In this document: positions 9,925-22,795 of the stretch, piece by piece
Position numbering within the stretch: the stretch's first letter is position 1
How the letters are laid out: each line of letters begins with the position of its first letter
NCBI RefSeq assembly: GCF_006345805.1
Contig: NC_042999.1
Location: forward strand, 11,656,001 to 11,720,000
Direction of reading: 5' to 3'
Length of the DNA: 64,000 nt
From: Octopus sinensis
Taxonomy: Eukaryota
Position numbers and translations under genes: made by a program
The notes under the pieces: model-generated
The model's database searches: none
What the model was told of the DNA's origin: nothing
Seen by the model: only the letters and a program-made list of their open reading frames with translations

Positions 9925-12822
9925 TCATCATCATCATTTAACGTCCGCTTTCCATGCTAGCATGGGTTGGACGGTTCAACTGGGGTCTGGGGAGCCCGAA
10001 AGCTGCACCAGTCCAGTCAGATCTGGCAGTGTTTCTACAGCTGGATGCCCTTCCTAACGCCAACCACTCCGAGAGTGTAGTGGGTGATTTTATGTGCCAC
10101 CGACACAGGTGCCAGACGAGGCTGACAAACGGCCACGCTCGGATGGTGTTTTTATGTGCCACCGACACAGGTGCCAGACGAGGCTGGCAGACGGCCACGC
10201 TCGGATGGTGTTTTTATGTGCCACCGACACAGGTGCCAGACGAGGCTGGCAGACGGCCACGCTCGGATGGTGTTTTTATGTGCCACCGACACAGGTGCCA
10301 GACGAGGCTGGCAGACGGCCACGCTCGGATGGTGTTTTTATGTGCCACCGACACAGGTGCCAGATGAGGCTGGCAAACGGCCACGATCGGATGGTGCTTG
10401 TTACGTGCCCACAGCACGGAGGCCAGTCGATGCGGTACTGGCTACGGCCACGTTCGGATGGTTTTCTTATGTGCCACGTGCCACCGGCACTGGTACCACA
10501 AAGATACAAATTCCATTGATGTTCATCTATTTTGATTGTTTTGATTTGTTTTGATTTTCACTTGCCTCAACAGGTCTTCACAAGTGTCACAAGAAGGAAG
10601 GTATGCACAGGTGGACTGACTACGTCCCAGGTAGGGGCCATGGGTTATGGCCTGACTAGTCTTGCCGGGTCTTCGGATGGTGTTTTTATGTGCCACCGAC
10701 ACAGGTGCTAGATGAGGCTGGCGAACGGCCACGATCGGATGGTGTTTGTCATGTGCCCACCGCACTGACTACGGCACTGATGGATTTCTTGTGTGCCACA
10801 GGCACTGGTACCACAAGATACAAATTCCATTGATGTTCATCTATTTTGTCTATTTTGATTTGATTTGATTTGATTTCACTTGCCTCAACCGGTCTTCACA
10901 AGTGTCACAAGAAGGAAGGTATGCACAGGTGGACTGACTAGTCTTGCCGGGTCTTCGGAAGGTGTTTTTATGTGCCACCGACACAGGTGCCAGATGAGGC
11001 TGGCAAACGGCCATGATCGGATGGTGTTTGTTACGTGCCCACAGCACGGAGGCCGGTCGATGCGGAACTGGCTACGGCCACGTTCGGATGGTTCTCATGT
11101 GTGCCACCGGCACTGGTACCACAAAGTGTGTGCCACCGGCACTGGTACCACAAAGTGTGTGCCACCGGCACTGGTACCACAAAGATACAGATTCCATTGA
11201 TGTTCATCTATTTTGATTTGTTTTGATTTGATTTGATTTTCACTTGCCTCAACAGGTCTTCACAAGTGTCACAAGAAGGAAGGTATGCACAGGTGGACTG
11301 ACTACGTCCCAGGTAGGGGCCATGGGTTATGGCCTGACTAGTCTTGCCGGGTCTTCGGATGGTGTTTTTATGTGCCACCGACACAGGTGCTAGATGAGGC
11401 TGGCGAACGGCCACGATCGGATGGCCAGTGATGCGGTACTGACTACGGCCACGTTCGGATGGATTCTTGTGTGCCACCGGCACTGGTACCACAAGCGGTA
11501 CTGACTACGGCCACGTTCGGATGGATTCTTGTGTGCCACCGGCACTGGTACCACAAGCGGTACTGACTACGGCCACGTTCGGATGGATTCTTGTGTGCCA
11601 CTGGCACTGGTACCACAAGGATACAATTCCATTGATGTTCATCTATTTTGATTTGTTTTGATTTGATTTGATTTTCACTTGCCTCAGCAGGTCTTCACAA
11701 GTCGGAAGGTATGTACAGGTGGACTGACTACGTCCCAGGTAGGGCCCACGGGTTATGACCTGACTAGTCTTGCCGGGTCTTCGGATGGTGTTTTTATGTG
11801 CCACCATGTTCCCACAGCATGGAGGCCAGTCGATGCGGTACTGGCTACGGCCACGTTCGGATGGTTTTCTTGTGTGCCACAGGCACTGGTACCACAAAGA
11901 TACAAATTCCATTGATGTTCATCTATTTTGATTGATTTTCACTTGCCTCAGCAGGTCTTCACAGTGTCACAAGAAGGAAGGTATGCACAGGTGGATCGAC
12001 TACGTCCCAGGTAGGGGCCACGGGATATGGCCTGACTAGTCCTGCCGGGTCCTCTCATGCACAGCACACTTCCATAGGACTCGGTCTTCAGTCATTTCCT
12101 TGGTGAGACCTAAAGTTCGAAGGTCGTGCTTCACCACCTCGTCCCAGGTTTTCCTGGGTCTACCTCTTCCACAGGTTCCCTCAACTGCTAGGTTGTAGCA
12201 CTTTTGCACACAACTATCTTCAGCCATTCTCGTCACATGACCATACCAGCGCAGCCGTCTCTCTTGCACACCACAACTGACACTTCTTAGGTTCAACTTT
12301 TCTCTCAAAGTACTTACACTCTGACGATTATGAACACTGACATTACACATCCATCGGAGCATACTGGCTTCATTTCTTGCAAGCTTACGCATATCCTCAG
12401 CTGTCACGGCCCATGTTTCACTACCATGTAGCATGGCTGTACGTACACACGCATCATATAGTCTGCCTTTTACTCTTAGCGAGAGACCTTTTGTCACCAG
12501 CAGGGGTAAGAGCTCTCTAAACTTTGCCCAGGCTATTCTTACTCTAGCAGTTACACTTTCAGCACACACCCACCCCCGCTACTGACTTGGTCTCCTAGGT
12601 AGCGGAAGCTATCAACTACTTCTAGTTTGTCTCCCTGGAACGTGGTAGAAGTTGGACTCTGCACATTTCCAGTGTTTATTTCTCCTGAGCATCTGCCACA
12701 GACAAAAACTATTTTCTTAGTTAGCCTTCCTTTGACATTGCTGCACCTCTTATGTGTCCATAGCTTACACTTGGTGCACCTTATAGAGTTTCTACCTACA
12801 CCTTTTTTACAGATCGAGCAGG

Positions 12823-12825
<3 letters not shown>
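9925..12825 (-). mobile_element. 5'-truncated RTE LINE with expanded 3'UTR, duplicate copy 2
   Basis: Near-identical to 6971-9874 (offset 2954 drifting to 2951), same 5' truncation point, (TA)n at both borders. Confidence 0.9.
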
Positions 12826-12865
<40 letters not shown>

Positions 12866-14015
12866 TGCAACTATAGATGTCCTAACTTAACTGTTTATTA
12901 TTCATTGACTGGTAGGAAACTTATGTTCTAGATATAATTCATCATCATTATAATTCTTCTGTGCTCAAGGTAGATTTTTCTGCAGCCATCATGGAATATA
13001 GCCTTACTGTGAAATAAGTTAAGGTTGGCAACAGGAAGGGCATCAAGCTGTAGAAAATGCATCTCAACAAATTCTGACTCATGCAAACATGGAAAAAAAT
13101 GGACACTAGTGGACATTAGGTGGTGGTGGTGATCATGGTCCTGATGATGATGTATCACAAAGTTTAATCCTTTCAATAGACTCCTTTAACCCCATACACT
13201 GAGGTTTGATCTGTTTGAACCCAGATTATTGTTGACCGAACAGTCTTTATTTTTGTTGGATATAAACTTTTAATAATCTCAAATGAATATAATTTTGTTC
13301 TTAATTTAAACCAAAAAAAAAATCATATGTTCATTAGATGTTTGTGGTTAATAATTATTGAAACTTAAAGAAATCCAACTCTGTCATGTAGAACAGAATT
13401 ACACAAGCAATGGAAATAGTGTGTCATTAGTTGTAGTAATATGAGCTAAGGGCTTGAAATATAAAGGATTAGCTGGGGAATTGGGGATAAAGCTTAATGT
13501 CTACCAAACCCAAGTGGTAATAAAGAAAATTAAAATTTTAGCATTTATCACTCACTCTCCCCCTATCTCTCTCTCTCTCTCTCTCATCTTCCTCTTTCTC
13601 TCTTTTCTTCCTTTCTCTCTTGTATCATCATTACTATTCTGCCATTTTCCCACCCCAATCATCATTGTTCACCCCACTTACCCACCATTTACTGCATTGC
13701 ATCTCTATAGTTGTCACCTACCCTTCCCTACCTCCCATAATCCTCTCAAACCTTGTTCCCTACATTCACCCCCTTCTCCCAAATACCCTTACAACCTCCC
13801 CCCACTCACACTTGTAATCACTTTCTACCCTGAAAGTCCACCCAGTTGACCCTTATTTTTATCCCTTTCTAATTCGACCCCAACCACTCCCACCTTCTCT
13901 TCTAAAATATGACCAACCATGTGACCCCTCTACAACAAGAAACTTGTTTTACTCTGGGCCCTTCTTTCATACTCTATAACCCTTCATCACTGAGCAGAAA
14001 GCTCAGGGTTTATAG

Positions 14016-14218
14016 CAGCAGTTCTCAACCATGGCTCCCAGGGCCGCATGCTGCCCTCAAGCACCCTTCCAGCACTCTGCCCCAATGGTCTTCCCTCTAT
14101 AAATATAATAAATTTTTCTGTAATTAATTTGTGTTTTTAATTGTTTTTGGTGTGTGGCCCCTAAAAACGATCCTGGTTTTGGATCCAACCTGGATATCCA
14201 AATGGTTGAGAACCACTG
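14016..14218. mobile_element. hAT-type MITE
   Basis: TIRs CAGCAGTTCTCAACC / GGTTGAGAACCACTG; 8-bp TSD not retained. Confidence 0.6.
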
Positions 14219-15094
14219 TTTGTCCCCTTGCAAATTGTAGAGCAACCTCACTGGAGCTGGTGACACAAACAACAGCACCTGGTAAAGTGGTTAGGAAGGG
14301 CACCCAGCCATTGAAACCATGCCAAAGCAGACAATTGCAGCACAATGCAATCCCTGGGGCCCTCAGATCCTGTCAAACCATCAAACCTATCCCTGCAGGG
14401 AACATTAACTGATGATGACGACAATGGTGGTGGTGGTGATGATGATGACAACACCAATGATGATGATGATGTTGATGGTGGTGATGCTTAAATGTATTCA
14501 CATGCCAAATAATTCTTTTATTAAACTTTTTTGTGCTTATATTTCTCTGTTTCTCCTTTCTAATATATTTATTCCTTATAAATTCAGTATTTTCAGGGTG
14601 GTGCCCCAGCATGGCCACTCTCTGACTGAAACAAGTAAAAGGTCAAAGATATCTCAATGTAATGTTTTCATCAAAAAATTAAAATATTTTTAAAAACACA
14701 CAAAAAAGACTTTTATTTTCAGAAATTTTATGTAATTTAGAGTCTTTTATTTATTTTAAGTCAATTTTGTGAAGAATCACTTTCTTGATTACAGGTGTCC
14801 CAAGGACCAGTCATTGATTTTTCACATTTCTCAGGGAGAGGGAGTGACAAGGCAATCATCATCATCATCATCATTTCTTTTTCTGTCCACTTTTCCACAC
14901 CTGTATAGGTTGGATGGCAGATTTTCTACGACTGAGTGCCGTTCATGTCACCAGCCCTCACCTGTTTCCAACGAAGGTAATATTTCCCCCCAGCCAGACA
15001 TTGGAAATGAACAACACTGCTTGTATGGCAGTGACACTCATTTACAATCACACACACACATAATGGCCCAAGTTGCTTGCGAATGGATGGTTTA

Positions 15095-15565
15095 TGTCAC
15101 CTATACCAAGTATTCTTTTCTACTCTAGGCACAAGACTCGAAATTTTGGGGGAGGGGTCAGCTGATTAGATTGACCCCAGTATGCAACTGGCACTTAATT
15201 TATCGACCCCAAAAAGATGAAAGGCAATGTCTACCTCAGCAGAATTTGAACTCAGAACATAAAGACAGATGAAATAAGCTAAGCATTACGCCTGGCATGC
15301 TAACGCTTCTGCCATCTCACCGCCTTACCTAAACCTATTTCTTTACTACCCACAAGGGGCTAAACACAGAGGGGACAAACAAGGACAGACAGACGGATTA
15401 AGTCGATTATATCGACCCCAGTGCATAACTGGTACTTAATTTATCAACCCCAAATGGATGAAAGGCAAAGTCGACCCTGGCGAAATTTGAACTCAGAACG
15501 TAACGGCAGACGAAATATGGCTACACATTTCGCCCGGCATGCTAACGCTTATGCCATCTCACCTA
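15095..15565 (-). mobile_element. Two tandem SINE family B copies
   Basis: Two successive TTTATCGACCCC..AAAG.ATGAAAGGCAA.GTC.ACC blocks, each ending in the tRNA-like head. Confidence 0.75.
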
Positions 15566-15652
15566 TACCAAGTATTAACTCACTCATCCATCACCCCTCT
15601 CTATGGGCAGTGTAAAAGGTGTGTGTTTTAATTGCATCTATTCAGACAAGGA

Positions 15653-16085
15653 GCAGGCATGGCAGTGTGGTTCAGAAGTTTGTGTCCCAATCACACGGTT
15701 TCTGGTTCAGTTCCACTATGTGACAGACACTTTAGGGAACTGTTTTCTTGGGCCAACGAAAGCCTTGTAAGTGGATTTAGAAGACGGAAACTGAATGAAG
15801 CCCATTGTACATACATGTATGTGTGTTTTTGCATCTGTCTTGACATCACTTGACAATTGTAAATGAGTGTCATTGTTATACAAGCAGTGTCCTTCATTTG
15901 CAATCTTCTGTGAAAACATGTCTGGCCATGGGGAAATTTTTGCCTTGTAAGGAAACGGGTAAAGGTTGGCAACAGGAAGGGCATCCGACCGTTGAGAAGT
16001 TGCCTTAATGAATTCTAACTCATGCAAGCATGGAAAAGTAGACGTTAAAAAGATGATAATGCTGTTGTTGATGATGATGATGACG
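15653..16085 (+). mobile_element. Full SINE family A with RTE-derived tail
   Basis: tRNA head, CORE-like segment, (TG)n, then GGTTGGCAACAGGAAGGGCATCC...CATGCAAGCATGGAAAAGTAGACGTTAAA(ATG)n matching the RTE 3' end. Confidence 0.8.
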
Positions 16086-16628
16086 ATTTCGTGTAATGTC
16101 CCCCCTGCAGGGAACAGAACAAATAAAATGTGGAGCAGCCGAACATTAATTTCTACCACTGTCAAAGACCCAAAACAGCGACCTTCTCTTTCGCTTCTCT
16201 CTCCTCCCTTGTCTTCTTTACTTTCTTCTCTCTCTCTCTCTCCCTCTCTCCCTCTGTGTACAAACATGTTTGCTTGTACATGAACACGATTTACCTAGCA
16301 AGGTCACTTGAGAGTTCTCTAATCAATGTGTGTGTACGTGAGCCTGGCTGTACACACGCCGCTCTCTGCTTATCACTCTTTCTTGTTGTCTTTTTTTCTT
16401 TCTCACTTCTCCAGCGATTGTTGTATTCGGGTCTCGCCCCTCCCTCCTCTCCTCTCCTCCCTCCTGCCTATGACTCATCATCAACCCACGATCCACCACC
16501 CCCGCCATCGTCGTCATCAACCTCTTCCATCCTCACCAAAATCAGTCAGTCAGTCTACCTCCCCCCCTCCTCCCTCAACATCGTCTACTTCCACCCCCGA
16601 CAGCTCTCTTCTTCTTCTTCTGGTTCTT

Positions 16629-16673
<45 letters not shown>

Positions 16674-16818
16674 ACCACCATTCCCGTGTTTTCTCTCCCA
16701 GTTCTCTCCTTCCTCACTTCCAGCCTCTCTTCTCCTAACTGAGGCAAGCCTTTATTTTGTTCGCTGGATTTTTTGTTTTTATTGTAGTATTTCATTTTAT
16801 ATTTTTCACACCCTGTTG

Positions 16819-16874
<56 letters not shown>

Positions 16875-17528
16875 TCATATTACTTTCATTTTGTTCAGTG
16901 AAGTAAAAAATAAAAAGAATTATAGAAATAAAAAAAAGATTCCAAAAGAAAAGAAAAAGGATATTTGGATCATGAAAAGAAACACAGCGTAATTAGATGA
17001 CTTCCTGGCTATTCTGCAAGTGAGATGTCTTTTATCTCCTTAGGTATTATTATACAATAATCGTTATTTACGATGATAAAATTATTTTTGATCAGAGCAG
17101 GAGAAAGAGGGAGCGGGGGGGACGATAGATTACATAAATACAAGGAAAGCATTGACTTCAGACGTAAAGGAAGCCATCTTGGTATTAAGAGTAAATGCGA
17201 GTGAATCGTCCATTTGACAAAATTTAATGAGGAATTTTTTGAAAACTTTTTTTTCTTCTACGTGTTTCAATTATAGCACTGCGGCCATGTTAGAGCACTG
17301 CGCTAAGTCAAACAAATTGACACACCTGTATTTAGGATTTTGCGGGGGAACGGATTAAGTCTGGTATTTGTATCCGAGGCACAAAATCGCGTGGTTCCAG
17401 GTTCAGTCCCACTGCGTGACACCTTGGGCAAGGGTCTTCTACTATAGCCTCGGATCGACCAAAACCTTATGAGTGTATTTGGTAGACGGAAACTGAAAGA
17501 AACCTATATATATATATATATATATATA

Positions 17529-17908
17529 CACTACCGTCAGAAATTAATTAGCACCCTTGATTTGCTCTTCACTCAAGGTATGTGCTGTCACCTAGTGGCC
17601 ATATCTCGAACTATTGCTTTGTTGCGAGTTCACTGTTGCGCAGAACGATGACGTAACTTTGTTTGCAGAGCAGTTTGAGAGTCTACAGCCTTATGATGTT
17701 GACATAGCAGTGCAACAACAACTTGGAGTGCGGATGCAGACAAATCTTCCTTTGTTTAATAGATATAGGTAGCGCCTCGCAAGGACCGAAATCACACCAT
17801 ACTAAGTTTTCTCATCGCGTAAGACGTTTTGAACAGCTCATAGGTTAATTGATTTAACCTATTTAATGTAGAAATTTGAGAAGTGCTAATTAATTTCTGA
17901 CGCAAGTG
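17529..17908. mobile_element. Tc1/mariner-type MITE in (TA)n
   Basis: 26-bp TIRs CACTACCGTCAGAAATTAATTAGCAC / GTGCTAATTAATTTCTGACGCAAGTG, TA on both sides. Confidence 0.85.
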
Positions 17909-18360
17909 TATATATATATATATAAGGAAGTTGATTGTAATGGCTGGTCAGGAAGTAAGTATTGGTTTCACACCTGTAAAGCACTTAGCCTAGAGGCAAC
18001 TTGTCAGACCCAAATGGCCTGCAAGTCACTTATGCTATCCTTCATCCATCATCCCATGATCATTTCCCTCTCTCCCCTCTCCCTCCCCCTCTCTCTCTCT
18101 TTTGCTCACTTTTGACCCACAGTCTTAAAAGTTATGAGGCAATCATCAATAGTGCTGGTGTCATGGAAAAAAGCATCCAATCCACACTGGAAAATGGTTG
18201 GTCTTGGGAAGGATGTCCAGATGGGTAGAAACTCTGCTCAAAAAGATATTGGAGCTCAATGTTGTTTGCCAACTGATCAGATTGTGTTGAACCACCTAAC
18301 TTATGCCAACATGGGGAAAGGGAATGAAGATTGTATGTGTGTGTGTGTGTGTGTGTGTGT

Positions 18361-20285
18361 CATCATTATCATTTAACGTCTGCTTTCTATGCTAGCATGG
18401 GTTGGACGGTTTGACTGAGAACTGGAAGGCCAGAAGGCTCCACCAAGTTCTGATCTAATTTGCGTGCCACCGACACAGGTGCCATTGACCTGACACCAGC
18501 ATCAGCCATGACTACGGTCTCACTTGGCTTAACAGGTCAACACAAGCACAGTGTATCGCCAAAGGTCTTGGTCACCTGTCACTGCCTCCACGAGGCCCAA
18601 CACTTGAACAGTGCCTTTTACATACCACCAGCATGGTGCCAGTCAGACAGCACTGGCACCATCCATGACTATGATTTCTCTGGGCTCAAAAGATCTTTAC
18701 AAGCAAAGCATGACACCTAACATTTGAAGGGTGTTTTTAACGGGCCAGTCACACAACACTGGCATTGGCCACAACTACGATCTCACTTGGCTTGACAGGT
18801 CTTCTCAAGCACAGCATATTGCCAAATGTCTCTGTCACTTGTCATTTCCTTTGTGAGGCCTAACAGTCAAAGGTCATGCTTCACCACCTCATCCCATGTC
18901 TTCCTGGGTCGACCTCTCCCACAGGTTCCCTCTACCATTAGAGTGTGACACTTCTTCACACAGCTGTCCTAATCCATATGTAACACATGACCATACCAGC
19001 ACAGTCATCTCTCTTGCACACCACATCTGATGCTTCTTATGTCCAACTTTTCTCTCAAGACACTTACATACTATCATGAATGCACACTGACATTACTCAT
19101 CCAGCAGATAATACTAGCTTCATTTCTTACAAGCCTACACAGGTTCTCAGCAGCCACAGCTCATGTTTCACTGCCATGTAGTATGGCTGTTCACACACGC
19201 ATCATACAGTGATTCAGTTATTAAAACAATGCCATCAGCATAGAGGAACTTCCAGGGGTAGCCTATCTTGGATTCCTCTGTTATCGCCTGGAGGTTTATG
19301 ATGAATAAGAGGGGGCTGAGGACTGATCCTTGGTGAATCCCTACTTGTACCCTGAATTCTTCGCTATACTCGTTGCCAACCCTCACCTTACTGACAGCAT
19401 CCCTGTACATGTCTGACCAACCACTCATCTATCACTACATTCTGCACTGACCACTAGATAAAAGATCTGTCAAAGACTTTCTCCATGTCAACAAAAGCCA
19501 GGTACAGAGGCTTATCTTTGGCTACGAATTTCTCCTGCAGCTGTCTTGCCAGAAATATAGCATCAGTGGTGCTTTTCCCTGGCACAAACCCAAACTGCAT
19601 CTCATCTAAACTAACTCTCTCCCTAATTAGTTTGGGCTATGACCTTCTCTGTGACTTTCTTCACCTGATCCAACAATTTGATACCTCTGTAATTATTTCT
19701 AAGGCATCACCTTTACCTTTGTAGCAGTTGACTATGGTCCTGCTACACTAGTCGTTGAGTATGACTCCTTCGTGTATCACCTGGTTAACTATGTGGGTGA
19801 GTAGGCTATAGCCGACACTGCCAGGTATATTAAGCATCTCTGCAGTGATTCCGGATGAACCACGGGCTTTCCCTGTCTTCATATCCCTAATTGCTTTATC
19901 TACCAAGGTACTGTCAATTTGGATAATTGGTCCTTCCGTTGGGCCAACATTAGGTAGGCTCTCTTTCTCCCATTCATTCTCTTCATTTGGCAATCTTTCA
20001 TCGTGGCATCTCCAAGTCTCTTTCTTTGCAGCCTCATAAAATGCAAGTGAGCCATCATCCATGCAGACACATTTCTCTCCTATGACTTGGCGATTTTCTA
20101 ACACAAAGTATCAGCAAATATCTTCTTTTCTGCTTCCCCTCTGCCTAAGTAAACCTGTTTCTTAGCTTCCCTTTTGGCAGTCTGATACAGTTCCCCACTA
20201 CCACCACACTTCCAGGCCTGTTTCTTTTCCCTAATGACTCTGTCAACTACACTGTTCCACCACCATGTCACCTTAGGTCGAGAGG
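18361..20285 (-). mobile_element. Degenerate RTE LINE with internal deletions
   Basis: RT fragments DAVSKVRVGNEYSEEFRVQVGIHQGSVLSPLLF, LYADG, MKTGKARGSSGITAEML; RTE tail at 18361. Confidence 0.85.
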
Positions 20286-20288
20286 GGA

Positions 20289-20324
<36 letters not shown>

Positions 20325-20327
<3 letters not shown>

Positions 20328-20523
20328 TTTTACTTGTTTCAGTCATTTGACTGTGGCTATGCTGAGGCCTTTGGTCAAGCAAATCAACCCCAGGACTTAT
20401 TCTTTGTAAGCCTAGTACTTATTCTATTGGACTCTTTTGCCAAACCACTAAGTTACAGAAATGTAAACACACCAACATCGGTTGTCAAGCGATGTTGGGG
20501 GGGGGACAAACACAAACACACAA

Positions 20524-20560
<37 letters not shown>

Positions 20561-20725
20561 TTTGAAGGGCTTCCTTCAGTTTCCATCTACCAAATCCACT
20601 CACAAGGCTTTGGTCAGTCCAAAGCTATAGTAGAAGACACTCGCCCAAGGTTCCACGCAGTGGGACTGAACCCAGAACCATGTGGTTGGTAAGCAAGCTA
20701 CTGACCACACAGCCACTCCTGCACT
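20325..20725 (-). mobile_element. Full SINE family A with the alternative (non-RTE) tail
   Basis: Family A head at about 20570-20725, (CA)n, then a tail ending (minus strand) CAGCATAGCCACAGTCAAATGACTGAAACAAGTAAAAGA. Similar copy at about 60755-61045. Confidence 0.75.
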
Positions 20726-21984
20726 TGTATATATGTGTGTGTCTATTATTTATGCCTGCTTCAACATGGATGTTCTGTTGGAACAAACTATACTTTAGTA
20801 GACACCACGAGAGAGACTCTCATATTGGCTTTTGGTAAAAAAAATGCATTCTTTTTTATGTCGACCTTCCTTAGTCTCGTCAATGATGAACGCTCGATTG
20901 CTAGAAACAGCAGCAACTACCCTCTGCCAGCAATATAGAGATTGACAGTGCCAAAACAGTTTGTCTTCTTTTACCTTTTCTCTTTTATTTGTTTCACTCA
21001 TTGAACTGCGGCCATGCTGGGGCAGCACCTTCCTCAGCTGGGAATCAAACCCCAGCCTCCCCATGTGACAAGCTGGGACACTGGATACTTACCACTTTGT
21101 GTGTGTGTGTGTGTGTAAATGTAAGCCAATGTATGTATGTTTATAGATAGCTTTGTGTCTATATTACTGAGCATGGTATTGTATGAATACATTTGTATGT
21201 AATCCTGTACGTACATGTTAACATCTATCTATCTATATCTATATACATATGAGTATACACACACACACACACACACACACACAGAGGGAAATTAACTTCC
21301 TAATTTTGCGCAGTTGTGAGTTTTGTCGAAGCCACTCCTTTCAAAAATCCTAAGCCAAAAAAGACGATAAAATTTCACAAACAACATCTTCGTCTCCTGC
21401 CTTCACACTCATTTTCTTACTTGATATACTCAAAGTGTAAGTTTGTTTCCTCAGAAATGTATTTCAATGCCTCGTTCGTCGTCCACCCGTCTACAGACCC
21501 CAGCTATGACTCATGGAATCTACTTTTGAATTAATTCATGTAAAACATTATTTCTCAGAAATGTCTCGTCCCATTAACAGTAAAAGGTGGGGGAGATATG
21601 TTGCATGCATTCTTAACAAACATATCAACGGCCATGTGCAGTTGGGAAGATTTGGGGGTTCAGTCCCACTGCAGGACAGCCTGAGTAAGTCTCTTCTACT
21701 ATAACCCCAGGCTGACCAAAGCCTTATCAATGGGTTTGGTAGGCAGAAACTGAAAAAAAAAGGACATTATGTGTATGTACTTATTTGTATTCATACACAC
21801 ACACACACACACACATCTGGTCAATGAATGTGATCATCATCATCATCATCATCACCATCATCATCATCATCGTTTAACGGCTGTTGATGATGATGATGAT
21901 AATCACATCATCTCTTTTGCCAAACCACTAAGTTATGGGAATGTAACATTGACCAGACTGTTGTGTTGGGGGTCATGATGTGCT

Positions 21985-22220
21985 TCTAGCTTTCAAATGA
22001 TGCCACCCTGCTGGCGAGGCGAGGAGGCCAGCATTGCCCCCCCCCCCACGATCTGAAGACCTGTTTCTTTTTAGGGTGACCCATTTACAGCTGAGTGGAC
22101 TGGAACAATGTGAAATGAAGTGTTTTGTTCAAGAACACAACATGCTGCTCAGTTCAAGAATCGAACCCATAATCTAGTGACCATGAGTACAACACCCGAA
22201 CCACTGGACCATGCACCTTC
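21985..22220 (-). mobile_element. tRNA-derived SINE, third family
   Basis: Minus-strand head GGTGCATGGTCCAGTGGTT...GGGTTCGATTC, then CCAGTCCACTCAGCTGTAAATGGG; related pieces at about 28.9-29.1k and 55.45-55.67k. Confidence 0.6.
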
Positions 22221-22764
22221 ATATATCTGTATGTATGTATGTGTGTGTGTTTGTGTCTCCTGGCCTTGACATTACACAACGAGTGTCACCCTCATACAAG
22301 TGGTGTCGTTCATTTCCAATCTTCTGTGAAAAACATGTCTAACCATCAAGGGATATGATCTTACTTGGAACCAGTTGAGGGTTGGCAATAGAAGGGCTCC
22401 TGGTCAGAGGGAATCTAGCCAGGCTAGGGTTAGGGTTAATAGGCACACTTGAAAGAGCCTTAGATTTTTAAAAAAGAAAAAAACTGTGTATAATATTTAT
22501 AATGTGCAAATGGCACCAACTGTAATATTTAGTCTGAGAGAGAGATTTGCATTCTGGTGCCATGAGTAAAACACATTTGGTAAAGCATTTGTGGGAAGGA
22601 CATTAAGCCATGGAAACTGTGTCAAACCAGATATTGAGGTCTGACCTATGATCTGGTTGTTGGACTCATTGGATCCTATCAAATTGTCCCATCCACCATT
22701 GAATAGCCAATGGTGGTGGCAGTGGTGATGGTGGTGGTGCTGGTGGCAGCGACAGTGGTGAAGT

Positions 22765-22795
<31 letters not shown>

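Noticed and set aside
7000-11915. Repeated Cys/His-rich ORFs (MCHRHRCQ...) and a CRISPR-like look of the 62-bp repeats
   Set aside because: Antisense readings of the RTE 3'UTR minisatellite; units are contiguous with no unique spacers and no cas genes.
13550-13990. Long pyrimidine- or purine-skewed ORFs (also 38600-39060, 42380-42900, 52400-52830)
   Set aside because: Low-complexity strand-biased tracts that lack stops for compositional reasons; no domain motifs.
22424-22440. TTAGGG telomere-like units (also near 45640 and 29120)
   Set aside because: Only 2-3 units, embedded in interspersed repeats; not an interstitial telomere array.
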